Shown: piece by piece, positions 9,777 to 22,868 of the stretch
How the letters are laid out: each line of letters begins with the position of its first letter
How positions within the stretch are numbered: position 1 is the first letter of the stretch
Assembly: GCA_033762835.1 (NCBI GenBank)
Contig: JANRLG010000029.1
Coordinates: 12,795-76,794, forward strand
Origin: Thermoanaerobaculia bacterium
GTDB lineage: Bacteria > Acidobacteriota > Thermoanaerobaculia > Multivoradales > DATKCC01
Direction of reading: 5' to 3'
DNA length: 64,000 nt
Program-made: the position numbers and the translations under genes
The notes under the pieces: generated by a model
Seen by the model: the letters and a program-made list of their open reading frames with translations, nothing else
Database searches by the model: none
What the model was told of the DNA's origin: nothing

Positions 9777-10602
9777 CAGGAGCCTGCTCGATCAAGACGG
9801 AAGGGATCACCTCGGAAGCCACCAGAAAGACCTGATCGAGCAGGCCAAAGTCCACGGCCGGTGCGACTTTGACCTCGTAGAACAACTCGCCGCCGGGCTT
9901 CACCTCGACCACGGTACCGATGCGCAGGCCCCGCGGGTAGATCTTGTCGAGCCCGGAGGTGATCAAAACGTCACCGGGATGCACACCGGCCTGGAGCGGC
10001 AGATAGTCGAGGATCAGCCCATCGAGATCCCCGCGCACGGTGGCCTGCCGCCGCGTGCGTTCGAGGATGGCGGACACCGCGGCGGCGCGGTCGGTCACGA
10101 GTTGCACCTTGGCGTAACGTCCCGAGACCATCACCACCCGGCCCACCAGCCCTTCGAGCGTCACCACCGGCTGGTCGATCCGCGCGGTTTGGACTCCCGT
10201 GTAGACGATCAGCGTGCGCAGCCACGAGGAGTGGTCGGCATAGACCACTTCGACGGGTTCCAACCGCGCCGGGGTCGGGGGTGTGTAGCCCACGACCGCG
10301 GCCAGCCGGGCGCGATCCTCGTCCACCTTGCGCAGGCGGAAGAGTTCCGCCTCGAGCTCCCGCACCCGGCTCTCGAGGCGCCAGTTGGCGGCTTCGAGCT
10401 CCTCCCGACGCTCGAAACTCTGGCCGGTACGGCGCAAGGGTTCGGCGAGCCGCGAGACGAGTTTCGGCGCCGGGGCCACGAGGCGCAAGGAGACTTCCTG
10501 GAGCAGGCTGCCGCCGCTGTCGCCGGGCACCTGACTCGCGAGAAACGTCAATTGGGCGACCAGCGCGGCAACCAAGATCCAGAGGTTGCGACGCTCGCTC
10601 AC
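9763..10602 (-). CDS. mreC: rod shape-determining protein MreC
   Basis: N-terminal TM, coiled coil, C-terminal beta domain. Overlaps the mreD start. Confidence 0.8.
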   Translation of the reverse strand: MSERRNLWILVAALVAQLTFLASQVPGDSGGSLLQEVSLRLVAPAPKLVSRLAEPLRRTGQSFERREELEAANWRLESRVRELEAELFRLRKVDEDRARLAAVVGYTPPTPARLEPVEVVYADHSSWLRTLIVYTGVQTARIDQPVVTLEGLVGRVVMVSGRYAKVQLVTDRAAAVSAILERTRRQATVRGDLDGLILDYLPLQAGVHPGDVLITSGLDKIYPRGLRIGTVVEVKPGGELFYEVKVAPAVDFGLLDQVFLVASEVIPSVLIEQAPGDVP

Positions 10603-10633
10603 GAAAACCTCGGTGAGCTTTCCTCGTTCACGG

Positions 10634-11659
<1,026 letters not shown>

Positions 11660-11692
11660 GAAGTGGTTTCTCTCGATTCCCGAGGTTTGAGG

Positions 11693-13123
11693 TTAGGGGA
11701 TTTCCACGAGGACTCGGCGGTGCGTCGACACTTCGTTGCCCGCGGCGTCGCGAGCCCGAATTTCTAGTTGATTCCAGCCTTCGCGGTCGATTTGGATCGT
11801 CTTGGTGAAGGAGCCGTCGGCGCTGACGTCCACCGGCTCGCCGTTGACTCGCACGGTGCAGCCGGGCTCGGTGCGCCCACCGACGAGGAAAATATTACCG
11901 TAGGGACGCACTTTTTCGAGGTGCAGCTCCGGCGGCGTCGTGTCGGCACTGGAGTCGAGCCGTTCGTCTTTGTGCACGCGGAACATCCGGGCCGCGGACC
12001 ACGGCCCCCGAACGCCCGCTCCGTTGATCGACTGGACGCGCCAGTAGTACGTCCCCTCGGCGCGCAAGCCCAGGCGGGCCGAGGGTTTGGCTCGTTTCGC
12101 GACCTCCAGCACTTTGTCGTTGAAAAGCCGGTCGCGGGCTACCTCGAGCGCGTAGCTCACACCGGCCGCGGGCTCCAACCAGCGCAGCTGGACCTCCGCG
12201 GTCCGATCGAGGTCGAGCAGCAGGCGGTCGGCGGGTGCGTCGAGGTCCGGCGCCGGCGGCAGAGCCTGGACGGCGCTGAGCCGGTCTCCCCGCTGGGTGA
12301 CCTGTTCCATGGCCGAGATCGCCCGCTCTTCCCCGGCATTGGCCTTGACCGCAACCCCGCCGCGGAACGCCGCGAAGCGGCCGACCTTGGTATCGGCGTC
12401 GTAGGTCACCATGGCCTCCGAGCGATCCGCCACCCGGGCTTCGGCCGTGGGCGTTTCGATCTGGCTGCCGAAGCGGGTCGTCGCGAGATCGACCCAGCCG
12501 TATTCCATGCCGATGGTCGACACCGGGTTGCGCGCACTCTTGGCGCGGATGACCAATTGAGTGTGGGGGCGCAGGGTGTACTGGGTGCCGTCCTCGGAGC
12601 GCACCTCGGCGGTGCCCTCGTGGGAACGGATCCGGTCGCCATCGTAGAGCACCGTGTGTTGCCGCGCCTCTTGCCAGGTCTCACTCTGCCCGCGGCGGAA
12701 CTCGACGTTGCCCACGACGGTGCCGAAGGTGGCGTCGGCCTTACCCGTTCCGCCGGAGCTGCCGTCGATCGCCACGAAGCTGTTGCGGGCCCAGTTGGCG
12801 TCGCGCACGGCTACTTCGAACTTCTTTGCGTTCAAGGCGACCGTGGCCGAGTCGAGGTGTTCGCAGGCGTCCTGCCACAGATCGGCAAACGTGGTTCGGG
12901 CCGGATCGTCCTCGAGCTGACGACGGAGATTCGAGGCCTCGGCGATGAGCTCCTTGGCGCGCCGCTCGAGATCGCTCTGATTCCAGCGCCGGTAGGCGCC
13001 GTAGGCTCCCAGCCCGAGCACGAGCACGAGGGCGAGGACGCCCCAGGCGCGCAAGGTATCGACCGAAATCGTGAACCAATCGCGATTCGCTTTGTCAGCC
13101 GACAGACGGTCCAGATTGTCCAC
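11693..13123 (-). CDS. membrane-anchored hypothetical protein (FecR-like and Ig-like regions)
   Basis: 476 aa. N-terminal TM after a cytoplasmic segment, then a beta-rich extracytoplasmic region. Confidence 0.5.
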   Translation of the reverse strand: MDNLDRLSADKANRDWFTISVDTLRAWGVLALVLVLGLGAYGAYRRWNQSDLERRAKELIAEASNLRRQLEDDPARTTFADLWQDACEHLDSATVALNAKKFEVAVRDANWARNSFVAIDGSSGGTGKADATFGTVVGNVEFRRGQSETWQEARQHTVLYDGDRIRSHEGTAEVRSEDGTQYTLRPHTQLVIRAKSARNPVSTIGMEYGWVDLATTRFGSQIETPTAEARVADRSEAMVTYDADTKVGRFAAFRGGVAVKANAGEERAISAMEQVTQRGDRLSAVQALPPAPDLDAPADRLLLDLDRTAEVQLRWLEPAAGVSYALEVARDRLFNDKVLEVAKRAKPSARLGLRAEGTYYWRVQSINGAGVRGPWSAARMFRVHKDERLDSSADTTPPELHLEKVRPYGNIFLVGGRTEPGCTVRVNGEPVDVSADGSFTKTIQIDREGWNQLEIRARDAAGNEVSTHRRVLVEIP

Positions 13124-13269
13124 GAGAGGGGCGCTCCTCCGGGGCGGGTCGAAGCGTCAATAGTAGCATCGCCGGCGTTCATCCAAACGCCGAGAGCCCT
13201 TCTACCATCGACACTTCCAGGCGCACCTGCACTACGATTCGTAGGTCTTCCCGACAATCGTCCCCGTCC

Positions 13270-14955
13270 GTGGTGGGAGAGGTGTCCGTGCGCACGACGA
13301 TCCGCGTCAAACTCCTGCTCGTCTTCCTCGCCGTTTTGGCCGCCGGGGCCGTCGTGGCCCTCTTCGAGCTCGAACTGTTGCGGCGCGGCTTCGCCGAGCT
13401 GCGGCAGGTGTCCGACACGCAGGAACAACTGTTTCGGGGGATCGAGCGGTTGCGCCTCGACAGCATGACCATGAGTAGCACGCTGCGGGGCTACCTGCTC
13501 GATCCCACCAACACGGCCCTCAAAGCCGAAAAGCAACGGGCCGACGACGACTACGTGGCTGCCATCTCGGCCCTCCTCGAGCTCGCGCTCGACCCCGCCC
13601 TGCTGGCGAAGATCCGCGCGGTCGGCGAGCTCGACGAAGGCGAGGTCCACCGCCACGAGGTGGCGGTCAGCGCGGCGGTGGACGGCGGTCGCCTGGCCGA
13701 GGCCATGGCGCTTTACAACGACGACTACCTGCCCAGCCGGCGCCGGCAGGTGGCCCTGCTGGACGAGATCGAGAGTTTGGCGCGAGCGAAGCACGAGATT
13801 GCGCGCGGCCAGGTCGATGCCCGGTTCCGTTTCGCGACCCGACTGACCCTCGGCATGATCACGCTCCTGGTCGCCGTGGGCGTGCCGGTGCTCGTGACTT
13901 GGGCGCGGCGGCTGACGCGGCCGGTCGAGGCCGCCGCCGCCGCCCTGACGGAGATCGCCGACCGCGGCGACGCCACCCGCCGCCTCGCGGTCACGAGTCG
14001 CGACGAAGTCGGCATCCTGGTGCAGGCGTTCAATCGCCACGCGGCGGAGCTCGAGGCCTTGGCGCAGGCCGCGGAGCGGATCGCGGCGGGCGACTTGACC
14101 GAGACGATCACGCCGCGCTCGGACCGGGACCGACTGGGCAACGCCTTCGCCGGCATGGTCTCGCAGTTGGCGGCCACCCTCCAGGAAGTCCAACACACGT
14201 CCGCGTTGGTGGCGATGGCGGCGCGCCAGCTTTCGGAAACCGCCCTCGCTCTGACCTCGGGCACCAACCAACAAGCCGGCTCGGTCGAGCAGATCACGGC
14301 CGGGCTCGATGAGCTGACCTCGTCGATCGCGGCCAACGCCGATACCAGTCGCCAGACCGAGACCATGGCCCTCGCCTGTGCCGGTGACGCGCGCCAGAGC
14401 GGAGCGAACGTTCAAGCCACCGCCGTGGCCATGCGCTCGATCGCGGAGAAGACCGTGATCATCGACGAGATCGCCTATCAGACCAATCTTCTGGCCTTGA
14501 ACGCCGCCATCGAGGCGGCCCGCGCCGGCGCCGAGGGCCGGGGCTTCGCGGTCGTGGCGAGTGAAGTTCGCAAGCTCGCCGAGCGCAGCCGGGCCGCCGT
14601 CGGTGACATCGCCGGGGTGGCTGCCGACAGCGTGGCCGTGGCCGAACGCAGCAGCCACGCGATCGACCGGCTGGTACCCGCGATCGCCCAGACCGCGGAG
14701 CTGGTCCAGGAGGTGGCGGCCACGTCTCGGGAGCAGGCGGCGAGCGTGCGCGAAATGCTCGCCGCCATGGGCCAAGTCGACGGCGTGACCCAGCGCAATG
14801 CGGCCGCGGCCGAGGAGCTTTCCGCCACCGCGCAGGAACTGTCGATCCAGGCCGATCGGCTGGCCGGCCTGGTGGCGACCTTCGCCCTGCCTTCTCAGGT
14901 TCCCTTGACGCGCACCCTGAACACGTCGATCAGCTTCGGCGACAGCTCCTCGTAA
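13270..14955 (+). CDS. methyl-accepting chemotaxis protein with HAMP domain
   Basis: TM, HAMP, and MCP signalling domain ([33 protein letters not shown]). Confidence 0.85.
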   Translation: MVGEVSVRTTIRVKLLLVFLAVLAAGAVVALFELELLRRGFAELRQVSDTQEQLFRGIERLRLDSMTMSSTLRGYLLDPTNTALKAEKQRADDDYVAAISALLELALDPALLAKIRAVGELDEGEVHRHEVAVSAAVDGGRLAEAMALYNDDYLPSRRRQVALLDEIESLARAKHEIARGQVDARFRFATRLTLGMITLLVAVGVPVLVTWARRLTRPVEAAAAALTEIADRGDATRRLAVTSRDEVGILVQAFNRHAAELEALAQAAERIAAGDLTETITPRSDRDRLGNAFAGMVSQLAATLQEVQHTSALVAMAARQLSETALALTSGTNQQAGSVEQITAGLDELTSSIAANADTSRQTETMALACAGDARQSGANVQATAVAMRSIAEKTVIIDEIAYQTNLLALNAAIEAARAGAEGRGFAVVASEVRKLAERSRAAVGDIAGVAADSVAVAERSSHAIDRLVPAIAQTAELVQEVAATSREQAASVREMLAAMGQVDGVTQRNAAAAEELSATAQELSIQADRLAGLVATFALPSQVPLTRTLNTSISFGDSSS

Positions 14956-17420
14956 CGCTCCTTCGGCTCGTCGAAGCCGATGACGTAGCCCGTGAGCTCG
15001 TTCGGCGTCACCCGGAAGCGGATGAACTGCTTGAACTTTTCGATCCGCGCCGCACCGCCGGCCTCACCGTTGTGACCGTCGAAGCAGAGCGAGACCGCGA
15101 GGTACCAGCCGAGGGTGGTGCAGGACAACACTGCTCCCAAGGTCATCGCCACGAGCAATGTACTGCCCGTCACCGGCAACTGGACATCCTTGAACCCCAG
15201 GGTGAAGGCTGCCAGCCCGGCGAGCCAGAGCAGGCCCAGCGCGAACAGGACGAGCCCGAGGCGCCGCCGCGCCGGGCGCTCGCCGCTCCGGCGCAGCAGG
15301 CGCTTGGGCAGCAGCCGGCCGACGGCCCAACTGGCGACGGCCGTGGCCAAACCCGCCGCAAGCGCCCAGTACCAGGCCAGGTACAGGGCCAAGACGAGCG
15401 GCGCGAGCAGTTGCAGCACGCCGTGGAGAAAGCCGAACGCCCCGAAGGCTACCTTGCCCGCCCAGCGGTGGAGCGCCCCCCCGACGAGCACGCCGAAGAC
15501 CGTCAAGCCCACGAGCCCGCCGAGAAGGACCAGAACGAAGGTGATGTCGGTCAGCACCACGGCCACGGAGTCCACACCGTAGCGGTTCAGGCCGAGCAGG
15601 AACGACAGGGTGGTGAACACCCACAAGGCCCACAGGTGGAACTTGTCCTCCCAGCCGAGCAGCCGCCCACGGGCCTGGCGGAGCATGGCCTCGTCGTACA
15701 ACTGGCTCGCAGTCAGACCGAGGAAGGCGGTGGCGACCAGGATCAGCACCGCGAGGTTCGAGGTCAGCGGCTTGAACATGCCGTAGGAATCAGCGGGCGA
15801 GCCCCCGAAGATGCCCACGGCGGACACCACGCCGGTCACCGTGATCAACCACACCGGCCAGCGGTAGGTCTCGGGCGACTCGACCCTTGCGCGCGCGGGG
15901 CTTTGCTTGCGCGAGCGGTACCAAAGAAAGGCGATCAGGGCAGCGGCGAAGGGGAGGAGCGCGTACACGAGCTCCGAGTGCCAAAAGACCGTCTTCGCGG
16001 TATCCCGCGTCGGCTCGAGCGTGTCGCGCAGCATGTCGACGAGGCGCCACATCAGGCTTTGGCCGTCCTGGGGGATTTCCGGCAAGTGGCCCAGCCACCG
16101 GCGCAGCAGCTCGGGAACGCTCCAGGAGGCGATCGCCCCGAGCAGAACGAGGAAGCTCGCCAGCACGCCGATCGCCGGCACGCGCCCGCCGCGGGCCACG
16201 GCCAAGGGATCGAGATTGCGCCGCACGGTTGCCTCGAGGGCCACCGCCCGCGGGGGATACAACGCCCGGGGGGACACCTGTCCGGCATCGGTCGAGGTGG
16301 AGTGCAGGAACGCGCCGCCCAAACCCGAGACGACGGAGGCGTAACTCGCCGGGCTCGGGTCTTCCGCGCCACTGCCCCAATGGCGGGCGTACTGGTGGGT
16401 GTCGCCGGAGAGATCGAGCCGCGCCTGGCCGGCGCGCAGCACCGCGTCGGGATCTCTGGTCAAGAAGGGACAAGAGTCGTCGGCGAGCCCGAGTCCGTCG
16501 TGCAGCACGTCGCGCATCGTCTGGACGATGGGCGCGTCCTCCGCACAACGTTTGCCGAGCACGGTGGTCGGCTCGGGGGTGGCGAGGATCAGCTTCTGGG
16601 TGGGCTTGTCCGGGTTTTCGATGATGTCGCGGAAGAAGTGCTTCTGCCGCTTGTCCATCTTGCCTTCCTGGGCGTCGAACCCGAAGAGGCGCCAATCGAA
16701 GGGCAGGGCGACGGAGAAGTAGCTGGCCCACTGGACCCGTTTGAAGCCGTCGAGTACCAGATACGGCTGAGACGTTCCGGAGCGCGAGTCCCAGCGGCGT
16801 TCGTCGTTGAACGGCCGGCGGAACTGGCGATTGAAGCCGTCGAGAAAGTCGTAGTAGTCGTGGTTCGCGGGAATCGCCACGATCGGTCGGCGCGGCTCGT
16901 TGGTGGCCACGTCGTCGAACTCGAGGTCCTCGAAGGCCCAGTTGAACGGCTTCTGGAAGCGCTCCACGAGCGTTTCGTAGTCGGCGATCTGGTACGCCGT
17001 GTCGCCCCCGACGACGAGCAACTCACCGCGCGGCAAGGCTTGCTGCGGATCGCCCGCGGGCAAGCGGTCGCGGACGCGTTCGAAGGCCACCGGGTCGCCC
17101 GGTCGGGCACCTGCCGGCACGAAGAGGTTCGAATGCACCAGGCTCGCGATGCCGTAGGTGGCCTTCATGCCGTCGCCGGTGTCCGACAGATAGTCGAACC
17201 AGAACTCCTCGCGACCTTCCGCCGCGTCGCCGAGGTCGAGCTCGCGGGCGACCATCCAGTTGCGCGGATCGATCTCCTCGCCCGCGGTGCTGTAGCGCAC
17301 CATGCGCTTCAAGTTGACCGCCAGTTGCTGGTCCAGGAGCCAGCCCACCGGGCGGCGGAACACGCGATCGGATCGACTTCTTTCGATCGCCTCTTGGCGA
17401 TCACGGTCGCGGAAGCTCAT
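14895..17420 (-). CDS. calcineurin-like metallophosphoesterase fused to C-terminal multi-pass membrane domain
   Basis: GDTHQY and NHDYYD phosphoesterase motifs. More than 8 predicted TM helices in the C-terminal 350 aa. Start set at the internal ATG (MSFRDRD). Confidence 0.6.
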   Translation of the reverse strand: MSFRDRDRQEAIERSRSDRVFRRPVGWLLDQQLAVNLKRMVRYSTAGEEIDPRNWMVARELDLGDAAEGREEFWFDYLSDTGDGMKATYGIASLVHSNLFVPAGARPGDPVAFERVRDRLPAGDPQQALPRGELLVVGGDTAYQIADYETLVERFQKPFNWAFEDLEFDDVATNEPRRPIVAIPANHDYYDFLDGFNRQFRRPFNDERRWDSRSGTSQPYLVLDGFKRVQWASYFSVALPFDWRLFGFDAQEGKMDKRQKHFFRDIIENPDKPTQKLILATPEPTTVLGKRCAEDAPIVQTMRDVLHDGLGLADDSCPFLTRDPDAVLRAGQARLDLSGDTHQYARHWGSGAEDPSPASYASVVSGLGGAFLHSTSTDAGQVSPRALYPPRAVALEATVRRNLDPLAVARGGRVPAIGVLASFLVLLGAIASWSVPELLRRWLGHLPEIPQDGQSLMWRLVDMLRDTLEPTRDTAKTVFWHSELVYALLPFAAALIAFLWYRSRKQSPARARVESPETYRWPVWLITVTGVVSAVGIFGGSPADSYGMFKPLTSNLAVLILVATAFLGLTASQLYDEAMLRQARGRLLGWEDKFHLWALWVFTTLSFLLGLNRYGVDSVAVVLTDITFVLVLLGGLVGLTVFGVLVGGALHRWAGKVAFGAFGFLHGVLQLLAPLVLALYLAWYWALAAGLATAVASWAVGRLLPKRLLRRSGERPARRRLGLVLFALGLLWLAGLAAFTLGFKDVQLPVTGSTLLVAMTLGAVLSCTTLGWYLAVSLCFDGHNGEAGGAARIEKFKQFIRFRVTPNELTGYVIGFDEPKERYEELSPKLIDVFRVRVKGT

Positions 17421-17574
17421 TGCTGTCTCCTGCCCATCCCGACGGAGCGGGGCACCATTTTCGAGGAGTGGCGAAAGTTTATCCTCTGTTTCCCCAGGGG
17501 TGTCACGAGAGAACCTTCCGGCGACCTCGCCGTATCCTGGACAACGTCTCCACTCAACCGGGAGCCTCATCTAC

Positions 17575-18477
17575 ATGGACGCAACGATCGAACTGCGGGA
17601 AATCCGGAAGGCCTACGGCGACTTCGTGGCCGTGTCCGGTCTCTCCCTCGTCATTCCGCCGGGGCGGGTCTTCGGCTTTCTCGGCCCGAACGGGGCCGGC
17701 AAGACGACCACGATCCGCATGATCATGGACATCATCGCGCCCGACTCGGGCGAAGTTCGCTTCTTCGGGCGCCCGCGCCACCGCCAGGATCTCGACACCG
17801 TGGGCTACCTGCCGGAAGAGCGCGGTCTCTACCGCAAGATGACCGTGGCCGACCAACTCATCTTTCTGGGCGAACTCCACGGCCTGTCGCGGCGCGATGC
17901 CGCGGCCAGGGCCAAGACTTGGGTCGAGCGCCTGGAGCTCGGCAGCTGGCTGAAGCGCAAGGTCGAAGAGCTCTCGAAGGGCATGCAGCAGAAAATCCAG
18001 CTCGCCGGCACGGTGCTCCACGAGCCCAAGGTGATCATCCTCGACGAGCCGTTTTCCGGCCTCGACCCGATCAACCAGGAAATGTTCAAGGACGTCCTCC
18101 AGACCTTCAAGAAAGAGGGTCGCACCATCCTCTTCTCGACCCACGTGATGGAGCAGGCCGAAAAGCTCTGCGACGACATCTGCCTGATCTCCCGCGGTCG
18201 CCTGGTGCTCTCCGGGGTGCTCGCGGACATCAAGCGCGAGCACGGCGGGCTTGGCTACCAGCTGGTGGCGCGCGGGGATCTCGACCGCCTCCCGACCGTG
18301 CCCGGCGTCGCCCATGCTGAGATCACCGGCGACCGCGCCAAACTCCTGCTCCATCCCGGCACGGCGGGCTCGGCGGTGCTCCGGGAGCTGGTCCAATTCC
18401 TGGAAGTCGACGACTTCCGCTCCCAAGAGCCCGGACTCGAAGAGATCTTCATCAAGGTGGTGCGCCATGCAGCTTGA
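17575..18477 (+). CDS. ABC transporter ATP-binding protein (ABC-2 type)
   Basis: Walker A GPNGAGKTT, signature LSKGMQQK, Walker B IILDEP. Confidence 0.85.
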   Translation: MDATIELREIRKAYGDFVAVSGLSLVIPPGRVFGFLGPNGAGKTTTIRMIMDIIAPDSGEVRFFGRPRHRQDLDTVGYLPEERGLYRKMTVADQLIFLGELHGLSRRDAAARAKTWVERLELGSWLKRKVEELSKGMQQKIQLAGTVLHEPKVIILDEPFSGLDPINQEMFKDVLQTFKKEGRTILFSTHVMEQAEKLCDDICLISRGRLVLSGVLADIKREHGGLGYQLVARGDLDRLPTVPGVAHAEITGDRAKLLLHPGTAGSAVLRELVQFLEVDDFRSQEPGLEEIFIKVVRHAA

Positions 18478-19795
18478 CAAGATGTGGGTCGTCTTGCGCC
18501 GGGAGTACGTCGAGCGGCTCAAGACGAAGTCCTTCTGGATCTCGACCCTCACCGTGCCCCTCCTGATGGCGGCTATGACCATCCTGCCGAGCCTGCTGCT
18601 GCTCAAGGCCAAGGGTGACCACCGGCTGGTGGTGGTCGACGAAACCGGCGTGCTGGCCCAGCCCCTGATCGAGCGCTTGACACGCTCCGCCAAAAAGGCC
18701 GTCGAGACGCCCGACGTGACCTCACCGACCAAGGCCATGCAGAGCTCGGAAGCGCCCGGGCGCATCACCTTCGACGTCACCGCCGAAGCCGTGGCCGCGG
18801 ACCCCGAGGCCCAGCGGCAAGGGCTCGAGAAGAAGGTTCTGTCGGGTGAGATCGACAGCTGGCTGTGGCTCGACAGGAAGGGCCTCGAGGCCGGGGAATT
18901 CGAGTACCACGCCGAAAGCGTCTCGAACTTCATCACCCAGGAGCGCCTGAGCGACGCGTTGTCGGCCGAAGTTCGCCGGCTGCGCCTGACCGAGGCAGGG
19001 CTCGACCCCGACAAGGTCTCGAAGCTGACCGAGAGTGTCGACTTGAAGACCCTGCGCACGACCGCCGAGGGCGCCAAGGAAGAAGCAGGGTTCGCGGCCT
19101 TCTTCTTCGTCTACTTCCTGTTCTTCTTGCTCTACATGATGGTCCTGCTCTACGGCCAGCAGGTGATGAACGGCGTGCTGGAAGAAAAGTCCACGCGCTC
19201 GATGGAAGTGCTCGTGTCGACGGTGCGGCCCTTCGAGCTCATGCTGGGCAAACTCTTCGGCGTGTGTCTCGTGGGCATGACCCAGCTCGGGATTTGGCTC
19301 GGGGCCGTTGCACTCCTGACCGCGCCCGGTATCCTTCCCGTGCTGGCGGTCCTACCGGGCGGCCTGCCGCAGTTGTCGGTGGCCGTCATCGCGCACTTCT
19401 TCGTCTGCTTCGTGCTCGGCTTCATGCTCTACGGCTCGCTCTACGCCGCCATCGGTGCCTGCTTCAACAACCTCCAGGAGGCCCAGCAGTTCGCCAGCGT
19501 CGCCGCCATGGTGGTCGTGGTTCCCGTCTTGCTGTTCTTCCCGATCAGCAACGACCCGAACTCGACACTCGCGGTCGGTGCCTCGCTGGTGCCGATCTTC
19601 ACGCCGCTCCTCATGCTCGCCCGCATCGCCGTGAAGATGCCCCCGTTCTGGCAGATCGCCCTCGGCTACGCCCTGACCACCGCCACCACCCTGGCGATCG
19701 TCTGGCTCGCCGGCCGCATCTACCGCATCGGCATCCTGATGTACGGCAAGAAACCGACGATGAAGGAGATCATCCGCTGGGTGCGGTACTCGTGA
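18467..19795 (+). CDS. ABC-2 family transporter permease with large extracytoplasmic loop
   Basis: 443 aa. N-terminal TM, a roughly 230-aa loop, then 5 TMs. Start overlaps the ATPase stop. Confidence 0.75.
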   Translation: MQLDKMWVVLRREYVERLKTKSFWISTLTVPLLMAAMTILPSLLLLKAKGDHRLVVVDETGVLAQPLIERLTRSAKKAVETPDVTSPTKAMQSSEAPGRITFDVTAEAVAADPEAQRQGLEKKVLSGEIDSWLWLDRKGLEAGEFEYHAESVSNFITQERLSDALSAEVRRLRLTEAGLDPDKVSKLTESVDLKTLRTTAEGAKEEAGFAAFFFVYFLFFLLYMMVLLYGQQVMNGVLEEKSTRSMEVLVSTVRPFELMLGKLFGVCLVGMTQLGIWLGAVALLTAPGILPVLAVLPGGLPQLSVAVIAHFFVCFVLGFMLYGSLYAAIGACFNNLQEAQQFASVAAMVVVVPVLLFFPISNDPNSTLAVGASLVPIFTPLLMLARIAVKMPPFWQIALGYALTTATTLAIVWLAGRIYRIGILMYGKKPTMKEIIRWVRYS

Positions 19796-20010
19796 GGGAG
19801 GAGGGCTTGGACAAGCCCGGCCGGGGCGGGGATCAGCTCCCAAGCGGCGGAGTTGATTCGCCGTAAACATCGGCAAGAAAAGGGCTTTCAGAGACGAAGC
19901 CGTCGCGTTTTTCGGCGAGACTTCTTCTATGCTGGGGTCCAATACGGGTTCCATTTCCCGGCAGAGTGTCTAGGACTGTCCAACCAAGACCGGCGGGGTC
20001 CGCGGTCGAA

Positions 20011-20873
20011 TCACCGCCCTGCCTTCGCGCCCACCCGCTCCTCGCCAAGAGTCCGCACGACGGACTCGGCCACGGCTCGCGTCAGCTCGCGGCGCTCGGC
20101 GGCGGCTTGAAGGATCGCCCACGAGGCCAAGGTCTCCCGCGCCACGCCAAGGGCTTCGATCCCCATCGAGACGGCCAGGGGGAGGACTTCCTCGGGGCGG
20201 TTTTGGTCCAAGAGGAAGAGCGACCAGTCGAGGGTTACGAGGGCGGCATCGTAGGCCTTGTTGCCAGCCAAGAAGATGCTTCGAGCGGACCGGAAGTAGG
20301 AGTCCGCCACGGAGACTCGCCCTTGGCCCGCAGCAATCAGGGCGAGAACGGTCAGCCTCGGACCGTCGTGGGTCGGGTAGTTGATGTACTCGGGCATCAG
20401 AGCTTCATAGGCCTCGGCGGCGGTGGCATACAAACCCGCTCGTGCCAAGCAGGCGACTTCGCCATGGCGCACACCAAAGGAGAGTTTCGAGTCATCGAGT
20501 TCTCGGGCTCTGCGGTGGCTCGCCGGATCGTCCACAAGGCAGCTGTCGGCTCGCCGAGCTGCTCGTAGATCGAGGTGATCTGCCAAAGCGAGAGGACCTC
20601 CCGGGTCGGATTCGCACCTTGTCGCCAGAGAGCCGCGGAGAGGTGAGCCTCCAGGATGGCATCGGGAAATCGCCGCTGCGCTCTGCGCAACGAAGCCACG
20701 AACCACTTCGCCTCGGCCCAGAAGGTGGGATCGCGTAGATCGATTGATCTTGCCTCAACGACTGCCCGCTGAAGGGCCACTTCCGCCTCGTCGAGTGCGC
20801 CGGTACAGCGGATGGCGTTGGCTTGAAAAAGATCCGCTCGAAGCCCTAGAGACGCCTGCTCGATGTCGTTCAC
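20011..20873 (-). pseudogene. helical/TPR-like hypothetical gene split across two frames (frameshift near 20.55-20.6 kb), or a sequencing error
   Basis: ORFs 20873-20397 and 20706-20011 overlap by about 300 nt in different frames. Each has a coding-like segment only on one side of the overlap. Confidence 0.35.
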
Positions 20874-20876
20874 GCA

Positions 20877-21395
20877 CTAGTGCCTCTGGGCGATCCCCAC
20901 GGCAAGACTGGCAAGACCAGCCCACCGGGCCGAAGCTTCGGCATCAGCAGGAAGCGAAGCGAGAGCCTCCGCAAGAAAAGCCTTAGCGACAGCGGTTCCG
21001 CGAAAATTCTGGTGATCTCTCTGTACCAGGTCTTTGCGGCGATTCCACTGAAGCTCTTGAAGGCGCCCAACCGCCAGAGCGGCTACGAGCTGGTCGCAGT
21101 GCCTAGAGTCAACAGGCTGACCCTTTCGGCTTCCACGCCGGCAGGCGTCGGGCCTCGAGTGGCTCGAACGGGGTGCGGACTCTGACTGAGAAAGCGCGAA
21201 AACCAAGCCGGCCCAATCGGCGAAGAGGCTCGGTTCGGCGCCGCCACTCCTGATCAGGATCTTCCCGATCTCCTGTTCGATCGCGCTTAGCGTCGTTTCG
21301 CCGCGACCTAGGGCTGCCAGTAAGGCTCGACCGACCGCGCCGAGCCGGATTTTCGACTGGGTATCGGAGGGTGAAACTGGGTCGGTCATCGGCAC
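20877..21395 (-). CDS. hypothetical protein
   Basis: 172-aa ORF; its stop is 4 nt from the next start. Confidence 0.35.
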   Translation of the reverse strand: MPMTDPVSPSDTQSKIRLGAVGRALLAALGRGETTLSAIEQEIGKILIRSGGAEPSLFADWAGLVFALSQSESAPRSSHSRPDACRRGSRKGQPVDSRHCDQLVAALAVGRLQELQWNRRKDLVQRDHQNFRGTAVAKAFLAEALASLPADAEASARWAGLASLAVGIAQRH

Positions 21396-21491
21396 CTCGG
21401 CCCCGCAGGACCTGCTCTCGACAAAGGCTTTAGATGCCGCCGAGTCTAAAGCAAAGGCGACGGAAAGTAGTCGCAGAAATGTCAGGGTCGG

Positions 21492-21785
21492 CTAGGAGCT
21501 TTCTTGATCCTCTCCCAAGGAAGGTTGGGGGATGCCGGGCGGCGTTAGTGCGGCTGGTCGGCCAAAAGGGTCAACGACCGCTGCCTCGGGAAGGACCACC
21601 GGCACCATTCGACTTGGGTCGGTGCGATTCGGTACGGCACCGATCCACCCCGAAAAGAGACTCCATAGTAAGCAAGGGTCCCAAATTCTAACCCCCGGGA
21701 CTTCGGCCCGGGCGGCCGAGGGCATCGCAACCAGACACAAGATGACGGCGAGGGGAAAATGGAAGCGGGCAGACGCTCGGGTCAT
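21492..21785 (-). CDS. small secreted hypothetical protein
   Basis: Strong SD (AAGGAGG) 7 nt upstream of the ATG. Sec signal peptide MTRASARFHFPLAVILCLVAMPSAARA. Confidence 0.45.
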   Translation of the reverse strand: MTRASARFHFPLAVILCLVAMPSAARAEVPGVRIWDPCLLWSLFSGWIGAVPNRTDPSRMVPVVLPEAAVVDPFGRPAALTPPGIPQPSLGEDQESS

Positions 21786-22405
21786 GGCGAAGCCTCCTTC
21801 ACGGGTGCGCTCCCCCCGCCGGACCCGCGGCGAACCCGCGGCTGGCGCTTGCCGCCTCTTGTCACGACCTGCTACGAATCGCCTTCGAAATGACGCAAGT
21901 TAAGCGCGCTGATGCCCGAGACCTGGCCGGATCACGTCTCTTTTTGGAGACAGCCCTCTTGGCCTACCCAAGACAAGTCAGGCTGGCTTGTCGGGAGTTC
22001 GAGGAGGTTCTGGTGGCAGGCCTCTGTCTCGTGGAGATCCGCCCTTTTCTGCATTCTCCCGCCTACCTCGTCAGCCGCGTAGAAGAGCTATCTGCGTTTC
22101 TCTCCGACTTGAGGGCCTTGGGACGAGCCGCCAGCCGCATGGGCATGTTTCCGTACGGAGAACCCTGGACAGCGACCGGGCGCACAACCGCGAAAGTGAT
22201 CCTGAGAACCCTGGCTGAACTCGGAGCGGCTGCGACGAAAGGCCCCTAATCCATGTTCAAGTCAGCTACTACCCAGGGTTCGATAAAGAACCTCGATAGC
22301 ACGAGTCGCGGCAGCGGCGAACTCATCTGCGGCGCGGCGGCGATCAAGTGCCCTGGCATTTTCGGCATGAACCGATTCGTCGACGTTGAGCCACCGGGCT
22401 GGCGA

Positions 22406-22660
22406 CTACGACGTGCGCCGAATCGCCTTCTGGATCTCGTCGTGGATGCGGAAGAACTCGGGCAAATGCAGCCCCAACTCGCGTGCGTAGCGGGCGACGA
22501 TCCGAATGCTCGGTGCCTCCCGGCCGGTTTCGTGCCGGCTGTTGGCCGACGCCGAGACCTTTGCCTTCTCGGCAAGTTGTTCTTGAGTCAAGCCGACGGC
22601 TTGCCGAAGGGCCAACAGGGCGGTTCCGACCGACTTGGCTTCGTCGTCGAACTGGTACAT
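22406..22660 (-). CDS. XRE-family helix-turn-helix transcriptional regulator
   Basis: LRQAVGLTQEQLAEKAKVSASANSRHETG HTH motif. Start at the internal ATG (MYQFDD). Confidence 0.7.
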   Translation of the reverse strand: MYQFDDEAKSVGTALLALRQAVGLTQEQLAEKAKVSASANSRHETGREAPSIRIVARYARELGLHLPEFFRIHDEIQKAIRRTS

Positions 22661-22868
22661 ACGCCAAATGCTACCGCGCTTTTCTTCTCTCTTGCTCTCC
22701 ACGTTCTCGACACCCGCCCGCCGGAGCCGACTCCCGGCGGTCGGGGCCTCCTCGCACCGGGCCGGGTCGGTGTCGCTTCTCGCGGCATCGCTTCCCCGGG
22801 GGCTCTCCGGCCCGGCTCGGTGCCCTTTTCTCTTCACTTCAGGGTCTCAACCGACAAGGAGCGATTTC

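Noticed and set aside
15072-18320. 1082-aa plus-strand ORF and other very long ORFs (7344-9872 +, 11768-13468 +, 12832-14775 -, 41409-43151 -, 55019-57349 +, 61736-63946 -)
   Set aside because: They lie antisense to well-supported genes (metallophosphoesterase, ABC transporter, mrdA, MCP, TonB-dependent receptor, kinase). Their translations are low-complexity and Arg/Ala/Gly/Pro-rich with no motifs. They are typical stop-poor shadow ORFs of high-GC DNA.
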